Assembly (NCBI GenBank): GCA_973895155.1
Contig: OZ316896.1
Location: 21,761,150 to 21,825,149 of the forward strand
Direction of reading: 5' to 3'
Origin: Marsupella aquatica
Taxonomy: Eukaryota; Plantae; Marchantiophyta
Length of the DNA: 64,000 nucleotides
This document shows positions 27,021-39,015 of this stretch, piece by piece. The stretch's first letter is position 1, and each line of letters opens with the position of its first letter. Position numbers and translations under genes: made by a program. The notes under the pieces were generated by a model. That model was not told the DNA's origin. It saw only the letters and a program-made list of their open reading frames with translations, and did not search any database.

Positions 27021-29208
27021 GGCTCTTTTGGTCGTGTGTCCCTGTCCCTCCCCCACTGTCGCTCGCTCGTGCTCTTTGCAACCCTCAAACTGGTACTGTA
27101 CTCACTTTTCGCCCTCGGCACTCGCTTCGGCTCGTTTCTCGAACACTCCTCGAACTCCTTCGCCGCTTCGGTCGCTGCGCAAATCGCAAGCCGCTCGACA
27201 TCCGTCGTCAGCGGACACAATCGAGATTGCTAGAAGGTTCTTCTTGTCGGTCGGGCGCCAGGACGAGCTCTCGATCTTGCTTTCGTTTTGCGTCGCTGGC
27301 GGTCTATGCACCCATCTCTCAATCGTTCGCTTACTACTCCTCCTACTACTGCTGGTGTTTCCGGATTCTTCTGGGCGGTGAAGAGATGGAGGAGGGTTCT
27401 GAGTGCGGTAGCGGAGAGGAAGGTCTAGAGGAATTGATCGATTGAGCGAAATAATTTAATCAATTGAGGTCGCCAGTCGGGGGTTTCCTGCCTTCCTGCC
27501 TTCCTGTGGGGGACAGCAACCGAGAAACGACGCCGCAGAAGCCGAAGAAGAGAGCAGCATTGCGTGCGGAGTGAGGGAAGAATCGTGGAGGGACATAGTT
27601 TTTTCATTTATTTGGAACCGGCGTCCAATCGCGAGCGAGAAGGCAAACGAATTTCCGATTTCAGCGGGCCGCTGTTCCGGATTGGAGAAGAACAGGGCTC
27701 TCACGAGCACGAGTACACGAGAGGGGACGGGCTCCGTGACTTCTTGGGTTGGGGTCTGAAGAGATAATTACGGTGCACAGTAGTGCAGTTGTGGACGAGA
27801 ACTGGAGGCGCATTCAGGGAAGGGCGGTTTGTGGATCAGGTCGTTGGTAGGGCTCTTGTGATATTACACAACTGCACCGGTGATAGTTTACGGAAGGCTG
27901 GTTGGTTGTAGGTCTTCGTGATTTCACTCGTTGTTTCTGAGGAGGAGTGGAATTTGGGAGGGAGTGTGTTGTTCATTTGCGTCACTTGTGTACCTTCCGG
28001 TTGCACGCAAGCCAGCGCGAAGTTACACCTGTTTGTTGCGAAGAGGTGTCTTGGTGCTGAAGATACCTTCCTCTTTGTTGTCGGCCTGTTAGTTATCCTG
28101 TACGAGCGTAGGGTCGGGGGTGGGGAGTAAACGTCCTCCCCTCATTCTTCTGATTTCGTATTGTGAAGCGTTTCTCGTCCCATTTCTCTTTCTCTTTGCC
28201 CCGCTTGTTCTCGGCGGGCATCTTGTTCCTGTGTTTGTCATCGCGAGCTTGTTCTCGATTAGCTTTCCCTGGGTCCCTTTTTGTCGGACCGAAAGCAGTT
28301 CCTTACCCACTCTCTTTCTTCGGGCTGCTACTGCCATTCTTATCGACCTCGGTTCGGTTGCTGGTATCATTGAGTCTGGGTCCCATTTGCGCGACTTCGA
28401 TTGGAGGAGCAAGGACTCTTGCTGACTTTTCCTGTTGCGAAGTGCGCTCTACTCCACTCTCATCTCCTCTCGCCATATCTCATCCCCTCCCCTTTCTGGC
28501 AGAAATCAACAACCCAGTTCCCTCTCTTCTGGCGTTGGTCCTTATTCGTCGGGTAAGATCACTCATCGACGAGTACAAAGAAGGATTTTCAGAATTCTTG
28601 TTACGTGCCGAGTCAACGGTTTGCTGTTACTGCAGGAAGAATTGCTCGACCTTTCGTGGTCATTACTTGTGCCATACGAATTCTGAACAGATTGCTCCTC
28701 ATTTGACTGTAGAGATCTGATCTCACGGCTTCTTTACATGCCTTCAGCTGCTCTATTTGTGATGCCAGGCCGGTCTTGAAAGTGTTTCGCAACGGAAGCT
28801 TACGCGGGTGCGGGTGAACGGAGCGCTCTTCCCCACTTCACCGTGGACCTCTCGCGGAGATCTTTTGAGATTAAAGAAGGGGAAATTGGATTGTGAAAGA
28901 GGCTGCGTGGTCCATCTTTACCAGGCCGGGTCTTGACAGGCACACACGGAGGGTATTTATTGAAACTCCGATCTTCGGGATCTCAGTGTGAGACTGCCGG
29001 TTGCATTTCTGGAACAAAGCGAGACGCCCTCCCGACGCATGAGGAAATGTGCAGGAGGCTCCGCATCTAGGGACGTTAACATTAGTCTGGGGCAGTCAAG
29101 TAGAGAATTTGGAGGCGGTGGATAGACTCGCTCTTCGACAGGTCTGACTGCACGCAAAAGGATCTAGAAGCCTCAAATCGGAGCTTATCCAAATTATCTA
29201 GTAAACAG

Positions 29209-30191
29209 ATGGCTTGGTCTCCCGACAATGCGGCGAGTGCATACTTGGAGACTATTCGATTGGTAAGTGGTGCTGCTGCTCGCCCGGAGCCGCTTCGGGT
29301 CGGTTTTGAATCATCAGATTGTTTTACTTTCGTTCAATTAGTCTGCGTGGTTCCTCACCCAATGGGGACTAGTTGGAATTGGGCAGTTCTGAGGGGAGAC
29401 ATGTATTGATGAATGGATGACATCTTCTCTCGAAAACTATCCCGAGTCTATGTACTGAGTGTATCATTAGCTCTTCTCCTGCTGAATTTGTGCTTGTTCT
29501 GGAAATGCAGTGCAAGTTGGATCATCAAAGGCGGTACACTTGCTCGAGGCACTCGCAGCCTCACAGCACGGAGTTTATAGCCGCGCTGGCTGCAGGAATG
29601 AACTCCAAGCTAATACTTGAAGTTTCCCCCTCCGCGGCCCCGACCACCATTGCTCTGGCTGCTGCCGCTCGTCAGACCGGGGGTCGCCTAATCTGCATTT
29701 TGTCGGATTCGAGCGCTCTGCACGATGCAATGCTAGCTATGAACGAGTTGAATCTTTCAGGAGTGGTGGAGTTCGTTATCGGCGATGCGAAAGAGATTGT
29801 ACCGCGTTACAGCAATGTAGATTTTGCCCTAGTTGACTGCAAGGAAGAGGACTACATTGGCATAATGAATTGTATCAACCTCAATCCTAGCTGTGCAGTA
29901 GTGGTTGCAGACAACCTTATGGACAGGAAGGCGACCACTGCGTATGGAAATTTTGTCAAGAAGAGGATGGGGGCCAGTTCTATTTCTCTACCCATCGGCA
30001 AAGGTATCGAAGTGACCCGGTTCAGCGGAGCAGAACAAGCAAGGCGTCCATGTAAGGATGCAGAAAACACAAGATGTGCGGACGTCCCTAGACGACTGAA
30101 TAAAAGGGACGCCGTCAAGGCTAAAAAGACTGGCAAAGTGAGGTTCATCATTGAAGCGGAAGCGCACAATGGCGGAATGGATTGGTTTTAG
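29209..30191 (+). CDS. DUF1442-family plant protein (SAM-dependent methyltransferase-like fold), 244 aa; exons 29209-29262 and 29511-30191
   Basis: N-terminus MAWSPDNAASAYLETIRL, then EFIAALAAGMNSKLILEV, TIALAAAARQTGGRLICI, VEFVIGDA, VDFALVDC and LPIGKGIEVT. The GTAAGT...TGCAG intron is phase 0. Confidence 0.9.
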
Positions 30192-33100
30192 ACATCACCT
30201 CCAATTGTCAGTGACGTGCAACGTCTGAACTTCTCCGGGAAAATCAGCCATTGTCCATTGTTTTTTTGTTTATATTTGCTTCTCTAAGTCTGTCATCCCT
30301 TGTCAAGTCCTCACGACCGTGAAAGGTCCATCCCTTCCCTTGCGACGAGTTATCCTGTCCTGCTGCACCCCTACTTTTTTTCTTGGGGACATCTGCAAAG
30401 ACAAAACGAAGCTTTGGGAAGCTGTTCTATGGGTATGGTTTGTGCTGTACAAGAGGTTTTTATGCTGATAATTTCCGCGGCTCTTATTTCTCCAAATACA
30501 CCGGTGAGGTTCAGTTTCATCCTAAATGAAGTTGAGGTCTCGTTATGTGGGTGCTACGGCAATGTCGTCAATGTTGAACTTTTCAGGCAGTGGAAGACGG
30601 ATCAAAATGGATTGTCTCTGACTTCTTTATCGGGTGACTGCAGATCTCGCAGGTATTTTGATAAGCTATTAGCTGCACTCTTTGCGAACGGATGTATGAA
30701 GACCACGCCATCGATAGTCGTCGTCCTGAGGAAGAACAACAAAGAATTTGTTTGGTCAGCTCGGCTCAATGCCTGCATCAAGAGGATGGTTAGTGACAAC
30801 AGTAGCTGTTGAAACAATGTACATTTGTCCCTGGATAGTAGTAGGAATTACATCAGAGTCTAGAACCGGTTTCTCCCGGATTACTTAAGCAGATGAGACC
30901 TCCTGGCATGAACTCTTTTTTTTGTTTGGGTTCGACATAAAGGTTTCCTGCTGGACCCCGCAAGGCCACTTTGGCCTTGCTCCTCAAGGATGAACCAGTA
31001 GGGTTCAACTTCATGGAAGAATTCTATATCGTTTGACAGATCTCCTGTATCTGATAACTTGTAGGGGAGTTCTTGGACGAAGAGCAAATTTCAATGCAGT
31101 AGTGGTCTTTGAATTTTTTGAATATCTGTGCGGTTTGGTGGACGCTTCTGTTGTGCCCTTTATTGATGTGAATGCATGCTGTAAGTTCAGGGTGATCCAG
31201 TTTGAAGCCGCTGTTCAGAGTCTCGTTCACTGCAATCTTTTAATTTGCATCGTTGTTGCTTCCACCGGGTGCCTCGTCAGGTTGTCTAGTACTATGGCAG
31301 GATTCCAGGTGGTAAGAGCTAAAGCTGTCCTTGCCAGCACGAATCTAAATCTTATGTTCAAGGGGAAAGAGAATGCATGTATTTGAACCGTTATCTCACA
31401 TTGCTGGTGTTACACATCCAGCCCAGCAAAACGTCTTTCAAGAAAATCATCTACAGAGACGTGCTGCCTCACATAAAATAGCTCGTCTGGGGATCTTTCT
31501 TATTGTGATACTCTTGTTAATCCGCATACTAATTGTTCATCTGTTCATACAATCCGTGAGGATTTCGAATCCTCACAGCTGCCTCCCTGCTTTTTATGCC
31601 AATGTGAAAGGATCCCGCATTTCTTCACATCAGCCTTCGTTGGTTTAACCTCCCGATGGGTGATGTACTTCCTTGACTTGTTTCCACGCAACAATATGTA
31701 GCTTCTGGACTCACACCGACTTCATGAAGCAAAGCTCCTTTGGCTTGAATGTGCATGAGTTTCATGGAATCGATGGAGAGCCCCTTAGACTGGATTTTGA
31801 AAGACATTGGTACTGCATTTCAACTACAGTGTGATGACTGGGAGGGATCTCTCGATTACTCGGACGGAGCCTCCAAACCAGTATCATGGTGGTGGTCTGG
31901 TCTTGCCTCGAATGTCGAAGCATGCACATGTATGACCTGATTACCACGACTGTGTAGCTCTGGTAGTCCTTCAAATTGTTCCTGACTTCCTCCGTACCTT
32001 CGAAGTATATGCAAGTGAACATTTTCTGTAGGTGTGCCTGACTTCCTCCGTACCTTCCAGACCTCCGATCCATTTGAGTAGAAGGATCGAGCCGCAGCCC
32101 CTTGCCAACCTACAGAAAATGCTCGCTTGCATACTGGGGTGCCCAAAGATGTGTTTGTTCGACAAAAAGGTGGGCTGGGACGCGGCAATACGAGAACTGA
32201 AGGTTTGGGTACATTTCCAACCAGCCGCACAGGAGAAAATGGAGGAGACAAGAACTAGAGCTAATCTTTGTGGGTGCCAAGATAACAGCCCCTGTAGATG
32301 TCCAGAGGTTTTGATTCGTCTACTCCTCCTCTCTCAAGTCGTACCACGGCTAAACGACTTTCCCACTCTCGATTCGAATGGATTTAAGCCCAAGGCCCAG
32401 TTACAGTACTTTGGGCTAAGTTATTCCTGCCCTCTCCACCAATGCGTCTTAGTCCATGAGCATAATTACCTTACTAGTCTTCCAGTTCAGCCTCACAATT
32501 CAAGAGCCATCAATGATAGATGAGCGGTGCTTACTTCCACCCCTTGGTGAAGATTGCAACCGAGTAATGGCAAGGACACAGTCTAGGAGAACTGTATTAT
32601 TATCTGGTGCTTTGAGTACTGTCGTCTCTGGCCTGCAAACATTGTTCATTTTATGATTATATATATATATATACAAGCACGGAACATCTCCAGAAAATTC
32701 ACGGGCATTGGACACGAGGTGGCCATGGAAGGAAACAGGGAGCCCATTGCGAAAAACTAAAGATAATTGTTTGTCTGGCAACTGCCTACATTGCAGTGGA
32801 GAATTTAGAAGCTTCCTCCTACAGATGATTGAAGCTGGTGTACTTCATATTACCTAAAGGACGAAGTTCAATATATCTTGGGTAGCTCTATTTTGGCAGA
32901 TGCTAGGAATCAGATCGAAAGCTTATTCAACATCTCTCCACAACTCAAGCTCACTATCAAGCAAGTGGTGTTCGCGGGAAATAGTATCGCATTAGGCAGT
33001 CCTGAAAGTCCTGAAAAGTTATGAAGTTCCTTTGCAACATCCAGTGGCTGATCATGAATAAGGGCAATGTTATTTTAGAAGAATTTTCCAGGGAGCTGGA

Positions 33101-34448
33101 GTGGTGACAGCCCATTCTTTTACCTAATGATGACCAAGTACCTTAATGAACCATCTTTCAAGCGGGGTGGTGATCTCTCACCTAATGTCTGTTTTTTGGC
33201 GAGCAAGAGTTCCTTTGACAAGGACCAGTTGACAATTATAATTGCTTTTGCTTTGTAAAACTCAAGTGGAAGAACTTGGGGTCAGAATTTGGCAAAATTT
33301 TGCCAATATAAGCAGATTGGCGTGGGGCAGGGTGGGGAGTGACGGTGGCAACCATTATGATTACTGGGCAAAATGGCCTAGGGTCAGCTATTTTGTTAGA
33401 GAAGAATTTGTGAAAAAAAATCCAGAATTCCACTTCATCTGGTTAGAATTTGGCATCTTTTCTCCAATAGGAAAACCCTTATGAGAGCATTGATTTTCGG
33501 AGATTATCATCATTATTCTTGATTTTCTATTCGTGCGACTGTTTAATTATGAACAGACATTTGTAATTTACGCGACTGTTTTTAGCTTGTCTTGAAATGT
33601 TCGGAGACTTTGCTCAAAGAGAACATAAAGACTCTCACATTCGACCTAACAGCACATCGTGCAAACCATACCATGATAGGAGTCAAAGTGCTTTCTGGAG
33701 TAACTAATTCTGACTCTCTTTGGTGAGAACGCCCTGGAATTGATTATCTCACTACTCTAGCCATGAAGGCATCTCATGGGAAACTATGAAGGCGTTCAAA
33801 TGTAAAACATCTCTTCTCTTCGTGGCAGTGGAGAGATTCTTCATTTTCATGGGATTGCAGAGGTCGGGTTGGGGCCTGCTGGAGGGAGGGGGGGGTGCAG
33901 AAAAAAAGGGGTCAAGTAGTTACGGTGCAATGCTGTACATCACATTGGTGTGAGAGTGCGAGTATCTTCTGATTCACAGGACTACCTTCGACTGTACGAC
34001 CCAGCTGTCACAAATTATTGGTAGGGATTTGATGTTGTACAGTGTTAGCATTCTTACAATAATTACTTTAGCTGAGCCATTTGGTACATACAAAGTACAG
34101 AAGGTCCCTTAACTCCTTCGAATGACTCGCATCAGCCAGGACCATGAATCTCTTAGCCTCTACGTCAAACGAGCGCGAGCGCATTTACCCATCCATTCGT
34201 TCCAGTTTTCAACAGAAAGGACGGAACTTGTAGTGAAGAGAGATCTCATTATATCAAGTAATTGCATCTCTTCTAGCCACAGTTAATGCTGGCCAAAAGC
34301 GAAGCATCTTGCAATTCCGCCGAAAACGTTCTCTCGATTTTAATTTCCTGTAATGCCGAAGTTTTCTCTATTTTTCCTATAGCTGACCACGATTTCAGGA
34401 AGTAGCTGTTATTTCAGGCGTGCTTCCATCAAAAGCCTTAGTTGGGAA

Positions 34449-35175
34449 GCGAACCGTATCTTAGGGCTCTATGAAGACTGCGAGGAATAAATTATGCAGT
34501 CTTTGCAGCTTTGAAGAAGTCTGGGCCAGAAATTACAGACTGCTATTCGGTTCGTTTCTTTCTTCAGAGCGAACCGTATCTTAGGGCTCTATGAAGACTG
34601 CGAGGAATAAATTATGCAGTCTTTGCAGCTTTGAAGAAGTCTGGGCCAGAAATTAGAGACTGCTATTCGGTTCGTTTCTTTCTTCACAGGTGCCAACACA
34701 GGAAGGACACGCGTTTGCCATTCAGGACAAAGATGTCCATTTGCAACCAAGTTTCTGACCCGTTCAAGATGACTGAATACTCTCATCACTCGTGATGGCA
34801 AACCAGACTGGGGTCCATTTGGGTCAGAAATCAGACGTTGCTATTCGGATACTTTCTCTGTGTTTACAGGTGCCAACACAGGAACCTAGGCCATTGCTAT
34901 TCAGCTCACAGCTGTGCATAATCTTCCTGTTCTTTCCAACCAAGTTTCTGAACCGTTCAAGATTGACTGAATACTCTCATCACTCGTGACGACCAACCAG
35001 ATTCGAGTCTATCTGGGCCAGAAATTAGAGATGGCTATTCAGTTACCTTCACTTTCTTCGCAGGTGCCAACACAGGAAGGAACCAACGCCATTGCCATTC
35101 AGCTCAAAGATGTGAACACTCTTCCTGTTCTTTGCAGCTAAGTTTCTGAACCGTTCAAGGTGACTGAATACTCGA
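34449..35175. repeat. Compound tandem array: a near-perfect 120-bp duplication followed by three ~180-195 bp units
   Basis: 34449-34568 and 34569-34687 are nearly identical. CAGGTGCCAACACAGGAA recurs at ~34687, ~34867 and ~35061. Confidence 0.9.
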
Positions 35176-38100
35176 CGAATCGGGTCCATCTGGAATTCTG
35201 TGCACAACAGGTGTCCCGTCCTGGACTTTCTGCCAACGTGAATTCAATGGTCGAGAGGGAAGAGGGGAAGATTTGACTGCACGTACTAAAGCCCAAACAG
35301 TGTACCTAGACAGATGACCAGACACAAGAACACACTTTAAGATTGGCGTGTGTCCTGCGTGTGTCCTTGCAGTAAAGTAGGTTGGGAATAAATATGTAAC
35401 TCTCGTCAATATCATCAATTTCTGATCCTTCTCCTATTGGAGTATTGGACCTATTGCTTTGTCATCCACCTAATAAACTAAGCTATATTCAGGGTCCTGT
35501 CACTTGAATAATCTAAGACTATCCAATGGGGGGAAGAATAAGATCTTGGACATCATTATCTTGATGAACCCAAGCTTTCTCGATATTATTCCACGAGAGT
35601 TCGATGTTCCCACATTATTGAAGGTGTCTCATTGCAGTCAGTTCTTTGCTTTGTCTGAAAGCAATTCTTATTTGACAATAAGATGCGTTCACTTCTGTGT
35701 GTGAGAACGCCAAAGCTCTGTTGTGGAACAACTCTAAGAATAGTTAAACTAATAGATGCTCGTCCAGTTCACACCCCCTTTCTACAAGTCAGTTTTTGGA
35801 TTCATCAAGTTATGATGCAACCTTAAATGAAGAACAGAAGTAAAGTCAATCATGAAACATGAAAGCATGCCAAAGGGACAATGTCCCAGCCAGAAAGAGT
35901 AAATCTTGAAATCCTTTGGTCTGCCTCAATCTTGATTCATGAAGGAACATCATAAAAGGGAGCATCTAGAGGAATAGCAGGACCCATCTCATCTTCTCAC
36001 CATAAAAGCTTGGGATTTGTATGGGAATTTGTCTACATATTATGCCAGGAACAACTGGACTCAATAACTCGCTATCAGAATCCACAGAACAGCCTCATCC
36101 CTGAGGCTTTAGGACGAAGAAGAACCAAAATCATAACCATGAATGAGAGTTAAAACTTAGGTGTGACATTCTTGTGGAGCATTGATTTCATCATTCATTG
36201 TTTCCTATGCTGAATTGATCCCCTTTTGCCCTTGCATAGTATGTATTCCCTCGTTTGGGAGCCACAACATGGCTACTTCTTATCCCCTAATAAAAGCACC
36301 ATTCAAGGCATCAAAAAATTCGACCAAGCTAACGAGCAACTCCAGTAATGAAAAGAACGTACTCACTACTCTGACCTAATAATGATTCATTCAAGGTTCC
36401 GATCTATAAGACAGCCGTTGTATTAAAAATTGAAGCTAGCAACCCAGAGGGGCTTCTGAGAGTGAGCGCACAAATTAATGTTTCATATTTTTTCCCAGCT
36501 TGAGTAATTAAATTTGTTTAAAGAACAAGATGCTAAGAATATTAGTTGTCTAATTTTAAATACATTAATTTCTGACCCTCACACCTCCCTATCAGATTCT
36601 GGCTAGTGGTGTCTCTGGTAATTGGAGACAAAAGAAAGCTACCCAACTTTCACGAAACAAAAACAAAGCTCCTGAGAATCCCTTACGATTAGTGGATTGC
36701 ACACCTCAATTTGCTTAGGAAATTACATTTCAATTAGAAGAAGGTCAGAGAGAAGGACAATCATAACACACAAATGCACGTGTCCAAAGAGGGACTGAAT
36801 GCGCAAACAACAGTAACTGAGCCTCGTCCTTTATTCTAACGAGAGTAGCAAGTGAACAAGAAATATAGCTATGAATCTATATGCCTACCGGAAGGAGGGG
36901 TTTACCATACTGCCATTTGAATTGGTCCATATGTTCTAAAATTTACTTAAAGAATGAATCTGATATTAGATATATTATTTGTGAGTTAAAAATCTAATAA
37001 TTAAAAAAAGGATTGAACATGAAAAACAAATTAGTTAAAATTGAGTAAAATAGACCATTCTCTTGCGTTGATAACACAACCCTTGCAATCTACAAAGATG
37101 AAGAAAAGCTCTTTTCTTGCATTGCTAACATAACTGTAGCAATTTACAAAGATGAAAAGAATTGTTCTCTTGCATTGATAACACAATTTTAGCAATTTAC
37201 AAAGATAAATTCAATGTTTTCTTGCTAGAGTGGATCAATAATATTATTGATAACACAACTTTCTATGGCATATCTTGGGCCAGGGTCCAGGCCTCCACAA
37301 ATTTCTAATTTAGTAGTCCTTGTCACATTTTAATCTTCCTAAGACAGGTCCTATGACAATATGAGTGAATTGTTCGAGTGAGTGTTATTTCAAGATTTCT
37401 GTCATAATAAGAAATGAGCACAAAGGGCCGAATAAACAAATTTATGGTGAGTGAAGATTGGAGAAAACACAAAACTAATGCGCTTTGGGTCAACAAAAGT
37501 TTTTTAATTGGGTGGTACTCCTTCCCTGTTTGAGTTTATTTTCCAAGTACATAATATCTTATATTAAAATAACAAATCTGATTATATAATCATAATCAGA
37601 AAGTGCTTTCTCATGGTCTATGAATGGTTTAGAGTCAAGATTCTAGACATGAGGTTTAATCCAAGTTGAGGATGTGAGTGGAACATGGGGCCAAATAGAA
37701 TCTCTGAAAATGACACAGTAACTGCAACGACGCAAAACCATGCACTATTTGTAGTTGTAGTTTAAAAGCAATTATGGGCAAGGGCTTTCTATAGGAGGTA
37801 CAGGGAGCCTTGGAAGAGATTAAGGGCACACCCTACCAATCTGCCTATTTAGTTTGAGGGTTTATTCCCTGACCAGGCTTTAGTTTTACTCTTGATTAAT
37901 AGGTAACTGGCTATTTGGAGGCATTGGGCGAATAGAATTTCAACGCTTGTGGTGAGGTAAACAAAATCACTGCCTACCAGTAATTTCAGTAATAGTCTTA
38001 CTCGGAGAATCGAAAACACTGTAGTTTCATTTTTTTAATTTTATTTCACTCTGAGAATTGAAAGCACACCAACCACCGCACAAAATCTCAAAAAGTTATT

Positions 38101-38955
38101 GATTTTTTACGGCCATCAGATCTTTCAAATCGGACGAAGCTCTCCGCCTCTCCGTAATTCCGGATGATTCATAAAACAAAATCTTATTCTGTGGTTTAAA
38201 CGTACGGTCACCCGTGGTCCACTCCGGTCAAACCTGGGTTATGCTTTTTGACTTGTCTGGATGTCCAATCCGTTAGAAAGAGAAAGTACGGCTCTAGTTT
38301 TTGGAATCATCCTAGATTACAAATATGAAGTAGGTACGCAAGAGACGTCTGGGAAGCTTCCTCCGTGAAAGATAAAGTATTAACGTACGACCTCCAGTCG
38401 CTGGGCATTTCTTTTGTCCTTCTTTTAAAACAAATATCTATTAACTAAAATTTCAATCAAATAAAATTAAAGGGTTGTTGAGAATATTAGGCCCTGTGCA
38501 CCATTGGATTTCCAATCTGGGATGGAGGGACCCGGGATATCAACATTAAAAAAGCTTTGTAGTTTGACCAGTTGCAGCTAGTTTCAGTTTTTGTGGGATA
38601 GTATCTCACTGCTCATGCACAAATTACACATGGATTCATGGGCCCAAATGAAGCATCTTTTCCCAAAGTGGTAAATAGCGCTCATCCTTCATAGGAGTGA
38701 AACATCTTTCCCCAAAGTAGTAAGTAGTTCTCATGCTTAAACTACTCAGGGACCTTTTCAAAAGTAAAACATCCTTCATAAAATTGGTAAGCATCATTTG
38801 ACATTTAATTTATTATATTTGATCACTTTTGCACTCATTTGCATTTATCTCAGAAAAATCTAAAAACTTGCCTGAATTTTTGAGGCTAAAAAAAAACAAA
38901 AATTCATACAATTAATTGCACAAGTCCACATAAAACCAACATTTTACAATTGAGA

Positions 38956-39015
38956 GTCCATTTCCTTTCTCTACAAATCGTCCCAAATAGCAATTTGTAG
39001 AGAAAGGAAATGGAC
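38956..39015. repeat. Perfect 23-bp inverted repeat with a 14-nt loop
   Basis: GTCCATTTCCTTTCTCTACAAAT-cgtcccaaatagca-ATTTGTAGAGAAAGGAAATGGAC. Confidence 0.95.

Noticed and set aside
30300-33480. Cluster of 60-170 aa ORFs downstream of DUF1442
   Set aside because: No recognisable motifs or consistent splice chain. A decayed gene cannot be excluded but cannot be supported.
34715-34990. Minus-strand GTGATGA...CTGA pairs suggesting tandem C/D snoRNAs
   Set aside because: No terminal stem, no recognisable rRNA guide, and the third unit lacks box C.
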